From Eledone cirrhosa (Eukaryota): 64,000 nt of DNA. The stretch covers positions 45,198,001-45,262,000 of the forward strand of contig OZ024741.1 in assembly GCA_964016885.1 (NCBI GenBank), written 5' to 3'. The notes beneath the pieces were generated by a model. The model made no database searches. It was not told the DNA's origin and saw nothing but the letters and a program-made list of their open reading frames with translations. Below are positions 14,525 to 26,755 of the stretch, in pieces (the first letter of the stretch is position 1; each line of letters begins with the position of its first letter). Position numbers and translations under genes: made by a program.

Positions 14525-14814
14525 TGGGGATTCTTTTCTTTGTTTTTGTGCCTCTCCTTTGTTCTGTCCTACGCCCTCTTGTTTCTGTGTGTGTGTTGTG
14601 TGCTCAGTCTGCGCATGCGCCATATCCGGGCGTCTGTGTGTGTTTATATTCGTTTATTTATTTGTTTATTTACATGTTACTGGTTGGTTGTTTGTTCTAT
14701 GTGCGTGTGTTTTCATTTTGTCCTTAATTGTAAGTTGTGATGTTGCTGTTCCACTCATGTTTTGTATTTAATTTTGGTTGTAATTCTTTTATGTTTATTG
14801 CCTCTGTGATTTGT

Positions 14815-15933
14815 CTAAACATTGCGTCTTTTCTGTGTGTAGATTCTATTTTTATTTCTGTTCTCTAATTTACCCTTATGTTCTATTTTAGCATGTTGGT
14901 AGAGTACAGATGATTCTTTACTATCTTGAAGGTCTCGCCAGTGTTCATTTATCCGTTCCCCTACACTACGAGCTGTCTCACCTATGTACACTATATTTTT
15001 ATCTCTACATTGTCCTTCAGTACATCTTATGATATATACTACATTTCTAGTTTTACAGTTAACATGGGGGCTTAATTTACAGGTTATACATTTCTTATCT
15101 ATACAGGGGGTTCTTTGAAAAGGGTATGTCTTGCTAATAAGTGTTTTTATGGAGGTACCTGGTCTGTTTACTATCTTAATATTGAGTTTATGTTTATCTA
15201 TAGTCCTTCTAAATTTGTAAGCTAATTCACCTCTATGTGTTGTATCGATGAACATTACACTCTGGTATTTATTGCTATCATACCATGAGTTTATTCTATT
15301 AGCCTTATTCCTAGTTCTTTCTATTCTATTCCAAAATTTGCTCCTATACAAGGGGCAGGTCCCATCTGTGTCATTATTTACCCTTTTTTCCCATTTGGTT
15401 CTGGCTCCTCTATACACTCTGATTTTATCTCTCTGATTGTAACCAGAGAACTGCATACGGTGGATGAAGTGTTGTATGTGTCTCTCTAGTTCTTCGGGGT
15501 TGCACATGCGGGATACGTTTCTCATCACCCGTACCAAATCCGCAATCAGTATGTTGATTTTGGTATGGTCCGAAACAGATGAGTTTCGGTGGATCAGATA
15601 TTTGGAAGTCATGGGTTTGGCATAATGGGAATGGAGGATTTGTTTTTTGCTATTAATGGTATCTAACCAGAGCTCTGTGTCTATTACAGGTAATCGATGG
15701 TTGGGGTGTTTGCTTGAGTAGTCTATAGTAACTCTAATACTCTGGTGGATGGAGTTAGCTATTTGCTGGATGCTTTCCATTGTGTTTTTCTCTAATTCCT
15801 GACTGTTCTCTAGTGGGGGTGTTTTAACTACGATGTTTATATCATCAACGTAGCGGGAGTACATTATCAGGGTTAAGGGGTCTTCTAATTGTTCTTTAAG
15901 TTTAAGTTTAAGTCTACTGTCCCACCATACCAT
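14815..15933 (-). pseudogene. PLE reverse transcriptase C-terminal half, Cys linker and GIY-YIG endonuclease
   Basis: YSRYVDDI; HYAKPMTSKYLI (thumb); CIDKKCITC; VVYIIRC...YIGETARSVGERINEH. Confidence 0.9.
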
Positions 15934-16138
15934 GAATAAGTTAGCTATGTCGCCTGCAATACTAACATCAATGGAACATATGTTCCTTAAGGGTTAATTT
16001 TATGCTGGCCGCCACCGCATGTGCAATCATTTTCTTTAGTTCATCGTGGTTTTCGGGGGTCCGTATGGCTCTGGTCCACCCGTTCCATCTATCTGTGTGG
16101 GTTTTCTTGGCCATTGAGGTAATGGTAGGTAGTCTGCC

Positions 16139-16174
<36 letters not shown>

Positions 16175-17485
16175 GAGAGAGAAGCGGTGAAGTTGAGAAT
16201 AGCACGTAAATATATATTTTAGGGTCTGTTTTTCTTTTTTTCTTCCTTTGATTCGTCAAAGTGACATTATTGATAAAATGAGAGGGACAATTGTTTTAAA
16301 AAAGAGTTTACAATGTATATAAAATATAACCGGTTCCAATGTATAAGTAAAATTCATCTTATCAAATGTTAAGTATTACAATTAAAAAGAATTAATAAGA
16401 ATTAACAACTAATATACCCGTATCACCATCGCCCATCTCAACGAACTTTAATTCTAATTTAACTTCACTTTATCGTATTTCATTTCATTGAATTTAACCA
16501 TATGTAAGCCCGTATTGCGTATATCATGCCGCATACATAACCCACACCAAAAATCACACTAACCATGACACACCATATTAATAACCACCTATACCCATCT
16601 CAACATCGCCCACCTCAATGAACTTATTGTATTGTACTCCATGTTACCATCTCTAAGCCCCCATTTGTATATCATGCCGCACACATTACCATCACCACCA
16701 CCAAAATTCACATCAACATACACACCTCATAGTTGCAGCATCGTATTAAATCGGTACCATATGATACGTTCTACCTTGCAATCCACAATGACAAGGGACC
16801 TTGTAAATACAATGTCGACCATATCACACCATCGCCACCACCACCACACCACACATCGTCATGTGCATACCATACACGCCTACAACCTCATCCCCCCATG
16901 TTCCCTCTATCTACCCTAACCTGCAACCCCACGCTAAATTCGACCCTGTAACTGTACTGTCGCACGCACACACAACCACCGCCACCACTAAATACATCCA
17001 CATACTTCAACAATCATTATCATTACATCATCAACACATATCATCCCTCGCTCCCAAATCGACTGTATTATATACCCCCCAGCCCCCGTCTGCCTACCAT
17101 ATAACACACCGTAACCTCTGATCATGTAATCATCTTGCCGAACATATCACTCCAGCACCACCACCATCACCATGTCCACAACACACATCGCCGTACGTCC
17201 ATAAACGCTTTTCCCCGCGTTCCCTATGTCACCTTTTAACCAGTATTCGATCCGGTATATATATTTTTGTCCCTCACAACTCCACCAACACCACCACAAA
17301 ACACAACTCCATACTTCATCAACACCGACAAAACATACCTCCACTCCCCAACCAACAATAGTGTGTGTGTCTGTGTGTAAGTATTTTACTCATACGGGCG
17401 TTTTAAGTGTGCGTGCGTGTACGCAAATTTATCTCTATGTGTGTGTGTATGTGAACACATGTGTATGCATATGTCTATGTGTGTG

Positions 17486-17516
<31 letters not shown>

Positions 17517-18113
17517 CTGTATATATATGTATGTGTATGTGTGTGTATATATGTATGTGTATGTATGTGTGTGTATGTGTACGTCTGCATATATGTATAT
17601 GGGTAAATCTGACTGTATGTGTAGGTGAGCTCATATATGTGCATGTATGTGTATATGCGCGTGTATGTGTGTGTTTTCGGTACATGTGTGTGTATATATA
17701 TGTATATATATATGTGTGAGTATATGTGTGTGCGAGTGTGTATGTGTATATCTTGCATACATGAGTGTGAGTCCATGTGCCCATATCCATGTGTATGTAT
17801 GTGTATGTATATATGTAAAACACCTTCTACATCGCCTCTCACCTTCCCCCCATCTCTGTCGTTCGCCACCCCCACCGATACTCCCCCACTCTCTATATTC
17901 GTGTCCGCATGCGCTCATGCACATACATGTGTGTACATATACATATGGCTGTGTGTGAGCGTATGCCGATATGTGTGGGCAAGGATGTGCGTATGTGTTT
18001 TATGTTGTGTGTGTTTATACAACAATATATGTGCACATATATACATATATGTGTGTACCTATACGTATATACAAGGTATCTGTCAGACGAAGAGCGTCTA
18101 ACTATGTATCTAT

Positions 18114-18912
18114 GTGGGACCTATGGACAACTTCCAGAAGTCCCTGGCCTGGCAGTGCTACCGAGGGGCTTTACCCGTTCGAGAAAGGCTCTACAGACAC
18201 GGGCGCCCGGGTAGGGACCCCGCCAAAAAGATCTGTCCCAGATGCGTGTGCGACGAGGAAACCGTTGCACACGCATTGGTACACTGCTCGGGCGTAGCCG
18301 ATCTGTGGGGCTATGTCGAACAACTGCTGTCAAGGGTGGGACCGATCCGGTTGACCACCGAGTCTATTGTAATGATCAAGCCGCCTCCCCCCTTCAAAGA
18401 TGAAGCAGAGGCGGTGTTTCTGTGCGTAATAGCCATGGCGAAAGAGGTTGTATGGTGGACGCGTCTGAAAGGACTGAGGTCAGGCACCTTTCTCTCTGGC
18501 CAACAACTGGTCCGTTTCTTCCGATATCATTTCGGAAGAAGGATCAGGATAGAGAGAGAGGTGCTGCACCCCAGTCGTTTTTATGAAAGGTGGGTGAAAG
18601 TGGCGAAAATGGCCCGTGTGAATGGGCCTTCTCTTTACATAAGCCTGTAGGTGGAAAAGAGGAAGGAACGAGGGAGCACCCCCTCTCTGTGCTCCTGAGG
18701 AAAAGGGTTGCACACTTTTTTCGGGGGTGTGTGTGACCCCCCAAGGCGCCTCCTCTCTATTGAGGATTTTGTTATAAATTTTATTTTTTGTTATATCTTA
18801 TTTTATTTTTATATTTTGTTATTGCCTCCTCCTTATTGAGGACGCCTTTTTGTGTAAACTCCCCCCTTTGTACTTGTCCCACTTTTGATGCCCTAGTGGC
18901 AAATAAAAGAAA
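18114..18912 (+). mobile_element. L1/Tx1-type LINE 3' fragment (zf-RVT region plus 3' UTR)
   Basis: MDNFQKSLAWQCYRGALPVR..CPRCVCDEETVAHALVHC, homologous to the 34678-35190 frame. Ends ccctagtggcaaataaaag. Imperfect TSD tatctatgt..ggacct. Confidence 0.9.
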
Positions 18913-18929
18913 CATATCTATGTAAGGAC

Positions 18930-19676
<747 letters not shown>

Positions 19677-20004
19677 AAAGAGAGAGTGAGAAAGAAAAAA
19701 GAGAGAGATTGTATGCGTGTGTGTGTGTGTATAGTTCAAGGAACCGACACAACTGTAATACAAACTGTCTTATTAGTTTCATGTTTTATATGGAAAAAGG
19801 GAAAGAAAGTTCGACGTGTCGGTCTTTAGCCCTTCTTCATGAGTACAAAAATCGAGACAAAATCACAAACGATAGACACTGAAAATATAATGTAATCTGT
19901 AAATCTACATCGTAAAATTATTTTGCCTACTTCAGTGTTTGTATTTTCTTTTCTTTTGTTAAGTGGCACTAGTATTATTATTATTAGTAGTAGTAGTGGG
20001 TGTA

Positions 20005-20048
<44 letters not shown>

Positions 20049-20445
20049 GTGTGTGTATCTGTGTGTGTGTATCTGTGTGTGTATAAAAATCATGACCTCA
20101 CCAATTATCGGTATTTTAATGCAGGAAAAATATGAGATAATTCATTTGATTAAAATCATTTTCATCATTGTCTGTACATTTCTGAAGACTGACACATATT
20201 CAAAGATCTAAAACGGTAATAAAATACGAACTCAGTAATCTATATGTTCTTTTACTGGTCTGAGCCATTAACCTGTGGTCATGATGGGTCACTGTCTTAA
20301 ATTAGTCGATCAATATTCTTAGCGAATTACGAGACGTAATCAAAATCACAAACGTGGACAAACAAAAATACACATATACACGTATACAAACACTCATACA
20401 CAAACACATACATACATACATACATACACAGACACACACATACAG

Positions 20446-20541
<96 letters not shown>

Positions 20542-20544
20542 TAT

Positions 20545-20720
20545 AATTGTTTCTACTTTTGGCACAAGGTCAGCAATTAGCCCAGTGTATTACTGGTACT
20601 TTATTTTATCGACCCCGTAAGGCTGAAAGGTAAATTTATCCTCGGCGGGATTTGAACTCAGACCATAAAGGGCCGTAACTTTTTGCTGCAAAGAACGTCG
20701 TCAGACCCTCCACCGATACA
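20545..20720 (-). mobile_element. SINE copy (short subtype)
   Basis: Reverse complement of the SINE box B, body and tail. Confidence 0.85.
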
Positions 20721-21209
20721 AAGGTTAATTAGTCATTAATACTTAAACATGTCAATGAGAGAAATCTCTCAAAGAAGCAATATTATATATTAAAATTAAG
20801 TGAGAGAAAAACTCAATTCATGGGAGTATAAACACGATATACAAAAATAATTTCTATCTAAACTTGCTTATCTATATATCTCCCTACCATTGTTTCATAT
20901 GGGGAAGTAATCTTATTGGAACCACCAATAATTGAAAAATCCACCTTACTCTTCAAAGGAGTTTAATTCTTGAAAATCTAAGAGAAATTGACCAAGGAAT
21001 CATAAATACAACTCCATTTGCTGAGGCATCTTGCTGGAATAAAAACATGTGTAGCGCTCCGTGATCAAAAATCCCCTAGCTTATTACGACTATGTGACAG
21101 ACTTATAATGTTACTAGAAATAGCAGCCAAAAGACCATCTGATACAACTCGACACATTAAGGAGTAGTATACTTTGTAAATACTCAGTTTCTTGCGTGTT
21201 CCATAGCCG

Positions 21210-21550
21210 AAGTAAACACTGAGCATTACTTTTGATTTTGTTTTGCAACTAACAGATGTTTTGCGGCCTTGATGACGTTATATGCTTTCAAAGTGATGTC
21301 TAAGCTTTGGTTTCTGGATTGTAGCCTTACACCCACGTATACCCTCTATTTATCCCGCTATTCACAAACCCTGGATCCTTATTGGCTGTATCCGGCGAAA
21401 TGAAAGTGCAGTAAGTATCACAGCACCTCATATGGTTGCTGGCAGAAAGTAATAGACGCATCCAGCGAGCTCGCCAAACACAGGGGATGCGCATGGCTGT
21501 ATCCTGCTTCACTCTGCCCACTTTTGTCTTTCCAATGTCGTCATTACTTC
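21210..21550 (-). pseudogene. Degraded mariner (Tc1/mariner) transposase fragment
   Basis: Minus strand: ARWMRLLL (WVPRLL-like) ... TWV*GYNPETKA*TSL*KHITSSRP..KIK.VML, resembling mariner GDETWVYGYDPETKAQSSQWK. Confidence 0.7.
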
Positions 21551-22422
21551 ACACGATAAATGTAATATACTGCAGTAAAGGTATATACTTGCCATCTGTT
21601 ATATAACCTATTATACATATTTTTCCATCACAGGACATCTGTTAATTAATTATATCACAATCGTTATTATGAAATTAGACTTTCGTTCCTAGTGTAATAT
21701 CTAATATAATGAAAACTAACGATATTATAATTAAAGAATGCAATAACATATTTCACGTAATTAATATTATAATTAAATATATGAAGCCAATGTGCAGTTT
21801 CCCATAACAATGCATCTCTTATCAGACGAAAAAATCCAATTTACTTTCGCTAATTTCCTGTAATCTGATCACTGTTCTATTTCTATGTACACTTATTCTT
21901 TGTTAGATATTACAACTACTTGGTGTCAAATCATATTACGTCACTGAAGTTCTATTTTCTTACGTTGCAATCTATTTATCCCCCAGCACCCACAGAACAT
22001 AGATAGATTTCCTCGTAGTATTATTAGTATTTTTTAAAATCATCTTGTCATATGAGGATCTGCAAATAGCACGAGTTAGAGCAGTTGACAAAATACATTG
22101 TATTTCATTCCTCCAGCTCTTTGTACATTTCGGATCCAAACGGCGCCAATGTCAATTTCGCGCTTCATCATTTCTGGGCGGAATAAAAAATGTGATTGTG
22201 AAATACTGATGTCTATACAATCGACAGGTTCACATAATACCTTCTTGTTTTATGCCTCTTAGAGATTATTATAGTGTCCTTTTTCATATAACTGTGAATT
22301 ATTTATTCCTTATATAGGCGCCAGATAATTGAATCTTGAAAACTCATTAAAATCATTGTAACATAATTATGTACATGTTTATGTGTGTGTTTGTGCGAGT
22401 ACACACACACACACCCACACAC

Positions 22423-22470
<48 letters not shown>

Positions 22471-22471
22471 G

Positions 22472-22519
<48 letters not shown>

Positions 22520-22529
22520 GGTGAACATT

Positions 22530-22805
22530 ACATATACACCATATCCGAACACGAACCAATCAAGCTCCTGCTGTCACTGCTTTCATCTCTCCTACTTTCT
22601 CCGTCTCTCACTATTGTGCAAATGGGGGCCCACGCGCTGGCCGCTCCGTGGCCCCGGCGGACAGAGTAGAGAAGGATGGTGACGAGATGCGCCGGAAGAG
22701 CCATTCCAGCTCGCGAGGGTTATTCCTGCGGGTAGCCAACTCTGTGTCAATGGAGGTGAGTAGGGAGGTGGACCTAGGGCCAAGCAAGGACACCAGAAGT
22801 CTACA
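22530..22805 (+). repeat. GC-rich ~270 bp dispersed repeat, probable LINE 5' UTR (copy 1)
   Basis: Homologous in inverted orientation to 31475-31720. Confidence 0.75.
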
Positions 22806-23497
22806 GTATGCACATATATTAATCCATGTGCGTTCGCATACTTGTGTATACTTGTGTACTCAGCATTGCGAGATTATATGAAATTATTGATATATTTCAT
22901 TTATATAAGTGCAACTGTTTCTCTTTTTGCTTCCACATCAAATTATCATATCGTCTTAGTTTGTTTTTTTAGCTTTTAATGCAAAATTTCCGAATCAGTG
23001 TATGGTTAAAGAAATCATGGGTTTTCTCTGAAGCCCTGAAGTATTATTGGAGAAAAGAATGTGGTTTCTTTATAGCAGCTTGACATCGACGTTATAATCA
23101 TTTAGGGTTTAAGACAAATAAATACAGATCGTCGGTTAGTTTTCGTTTGCGAATCATGAACAATCCAATAGAAATAAAATAGAAGGATATGAGTTACATG
23201 TATTGCAGATTGAGTATATGGTAAAAAGGTTTTCTATTCCTTAAGAAAACATTCCAGTACAACTGAATATAATACAATCAGTGTTTTCTGTAACGGATAT
23301 ATATGAGCAGGAAACAAATAATTGTTTCTACTTTAGAAACGAGATAGGGATAGAGTAATTTAGAAGAATAAAGATAAAAGAAAAGAGATGTTTTGACGGG
23401 TTTATATTTACTGTAGGTGGAGCGGCTATTATAACACGGATTGTTTCTCTAAATTATGTTAGATATTGAAAATACATATTCAAGTTTTCACTGTGGA

Positions 23498-23585
23498 TTT
23501 GCATGCTTCTTGTTTGGGTTCTTGTTCTTCTTGTTTGCATGCTTCTTGTTTGCATGTTTCTTGTTTGCATGTTTCTTGTTCTTGT
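23498..23585. repeat. Minisatellite, ~15 bp unit (ttgcatgyttcttgt)
   Basis: Four to five imperfect tandem units. Confidence 0.85.
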
Positions 23586-24181
23586 ATTTTTCACGAAAGC
23601 ACCGATCAGGTAGGATTATGAACTAAGGCATTCTAGCAATAATAATACGTCATTTTAGAGGTATGTTAGTATGTATTATCCAATGTATCATGCTCTTATA
23701 TAAGACCTCGCTTTACATACTTGGAACTCCTACGGACGCTTTTGTCTGTCGGAGAACCTATACATAAGCAATCTGACAACGTATTTTGAGGGAATAAAAC
23801 AAATTTCAGAATGCAATCATCAATAGAGCTAAAACATATTTTATTTTAATCCGTTATATTTAAATATTTTTCTATAATTCCATAAAGTTGCATATTTCGT
23901 TACAATCACCTCACCTTCAACTATTGCCCAATAATGAATCACCAGATGCTAAAAAAATCTAGTAGTTACTACAGTAGCTGTTCTAAACAAGTAGCACAAT
24001 GTAAACGATATCCACAATTATCAAGAGTAAACGATATCCACAATTATCGTTCAGAGTCAAACAGCTGTGGCTATCTCTCCAGTTAATACTATCAAGCAAG
24101 ACAAACAAACGGGTATTTTTTCCGCCAGTGAAACATGTACTAATGCAAATATCAGTGATAGTATGGATACATTGCTACATA

Positions 24182-24215
<34 letters not shown>

Positions 24216-24353
24216 GATAAATCTACCAAGAGTTTACGGTAGTGTCCAATCCGTATGAAGAACTCAATGTAGTCCGGATATCATGAACTTAATAATGAAC
24301 TTTTTTTGTTTAATATAAGGAACTGTTTCATTGTTTTATTCATTATTTTTTTA

Positions 24354-24417
<64 letters not shown>

Positions 24418-24574
24418 CAGAAGGGATATTCAATGTGTTGGTAATTTTACAAATATAAATGTTTATAACTGATTCAGAGCACTCGACAGTTTTCTGGAGT
24501 ATAATATTCAATGATATTAAATAAATGGAAACTATATTTATAAAACCATATTTATTCTATTATATATATTTCAA

Positions 24575-24695
24575 TTGCCAATCTGAGTTCAAATCCCGCC
24601 GAAGTTAACTTTGCCTTTCATCCTTACGGGGTCGATAAAATAAAGTACCAGTATTGCACTGGTTAATTGCTGGCCTTGTGCCAAACGTAGAAACA
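24575..24695 (+). mobile_element. 5'-truncated SINE with 16 bp TSD
   Basis: TSD attatatatatttcaa at 24559-24574 and 24696-24711. Confidence 0.9.
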
Positions 24696-24868
24696 ATTAT
24701 ATATATTTCAAGGGTACCCAAAACTTTGGTACGCTTTCATCAGATAAAATACAAAGGTTATTTTATAAATTTTGACATAGCCAAGGAACTTACCTTAACG
24801 GTTGAAGTTTTCCTTGGATAGTCATCCAAGGAAAACTTCAACCGTCAAAATTTGTAATATACACTTTG

Positions 24869-24930
24869 TATTTTATCTGATGAAAGCGTACCAAAGTTTG
24901 TGGTACCCTTGAAATATATATAATAGAATA
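24869..24930 (+). ncRNA. Type I minimal hammerhead ribozyme motif
   Basis: tattttat CTGATGA aagcgtacca-aagtttg-tggtaccctt GAAA tatata TA atagaata. Confidence 0.8.
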
Positions 24931-25000
24931 AATATGGTTTAATAAATATAGTTTCCATTTATTTAATATCATTGTATATATATATATATATATACATATA

Positions 25001-25082
<82 letters not shown>

Positions 25083-25452
25083 TGTGTGTGTGTGTGTGCG
25101 TGCGTGCGCGTGTGTGTGTGTGTATGAATGTATATTTATATATATATATATACGCAACATATATATAATTGGAGGTTTTGTAGGTTTCTAGTTTAGTGAG
25201 GCCAGTACCAAGATCACCAGCCAATACCAAAGCAGAGTGCATATATTGAAAATAAATTGATATCACACATTAAGGTTTTTATTGATTATGCATAGCTTTG
25301 ACCGTTTCATCGATTGGGGCGGAGCTCAGAACGGACTAACGCATTCATATAGATCCTGAGCCACACATCTCTGAATTGGTCGCAACCAATAGAGACCTTA
25401 ATGTGAAACCTTTCTTTCTTATCAACATATATATATATGTGTGTGTGTGTGT

Positions 25453-25506
<54 letters not shown>

Positions 25507-25761
25507 ATGAGCGGGCGGTGTGCTTTTGTGAATATCTAAAGTATTTGTATTACGAATTCACTGCAACATAATTTCCCTCATATTTGTAGTACCGTTTGTA
25601 CACCCTTTCACTGTTTATATATTTATGTGTATGTGTGTGTGTGTGTGTCTCTCTCTATATATATATATATATAAGCGTTAACCTCATATATATACCTTCC
25701 ATATACTGCACTGATTGTGTTGTTATTTCTGTTTACCTTTTACATACATACATATATATAT

Positions 25762-26720
25762 ATAATGAAAAATTGAACAGGGACAGAACAGAGAGGCAGT
25801 ATGATAAATGTTTATTAAATTCACGCTCAGGAGAGTGGGGGGGGGGGTGGAGGACGACGTTTCGGGCATAAGCCCTTCTTCAGGTGAGAGTTCAAAAGGT
25901 GTGTAGGGGAGTGGTGGAGAGACATATAGCGAAAGGAAACGGTGCGAATGAAAAATTAAAAATTAACAAATAAAGACAAAAATATAATAAATAATAAATA
26001 AAAATAAAGCATGATCAAAATACAAGGAATGAGAACATTTTAAAATAAAGGCATGATCAAAATAAACTGAAATTAAAAGGGGGGTAAACAGGTGGTGGAA
26101 GGGTGTGGGGGGAGTAGAGGTGGTGGCGGGTGGAGTGGGGAGAGGGAGACGGGGTGTCCGAGCGGGGAGGGCTGAAGGTGGTGTGTGTGGTTAGGTGTGC
26201 GTGTGTGTGTGTGTGGATGTGAAAGTGAGGGTTGGGGGAAGAACGGGGTTGCATGTTCAGGAAGGTGTGTGTGGGGGGTGTTTTTGTGTGTCGGAGGGTC
26301 TGTGCGTTTGTGGATAGGGGGTGGGGGGAGAGGAATCAGGGGGCTGAGGGTGTAAATATGTGGTGGGAAGCACGTGTGTGTGGTTTAAGCGTGTTGTGGG
26401 TGTGGGTGGCGTGTGGATAAAAAAAATTGTTTTGGGATGTGTGTGTGGGTGAGTTATATAGGTGATGGTGTAAGAGGATGGTTGAAAGTGATAAGTTACA
26501 CGGATGTATGGAGATTTTGGTTGGAAGTCAAAACGCGTGTGGGTAATCCAAGAAGCGGTGGTCGGAAGAGGAGAGATGTGGGGTGCGCGCGCAACAGGAA
26601 GTGGTCAGCAGTGGAAGTGCTGTGGTCAGTTGGTGCTGAGACAGTGGTCGGAAGGGCATAGCAGCAGTCAGGGGAATGGTAGGGAGGCGAGGATGGGTAG
26701 GTGTGAGAGTTGGAGTGAGG

Positions 26721-26755
<35 letters not shown>

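Larger units (their letters stand above)
14272..16139 (-). mobile_element. 5'-truncated Penelope-like element flanked by (TA)n
   Basis: RT/GIY-YIG ORF, pLTR with hammerhead, TA tracts at both ends. Related to the 12630-14002 element. Confidence 0.92.
24510..24973. mobile_element. Palindromic hammerhead-bearing mini-element; left arm interrupted by a SINE
   Basis: The left arm 24510-24755 (excluding the SINE) is the reverse complement of 24864-24973. Central 22 bp hairpin at 24798-24845. Confidence 0.82.

Noticed and set aside
23498-24050. CRISPR-like or functional repeat array
   Set aside because: A simple 15 bp minisatellite and one 22 bp direct duplication (24001/24027) with no spacers, in a eukaryotic context.
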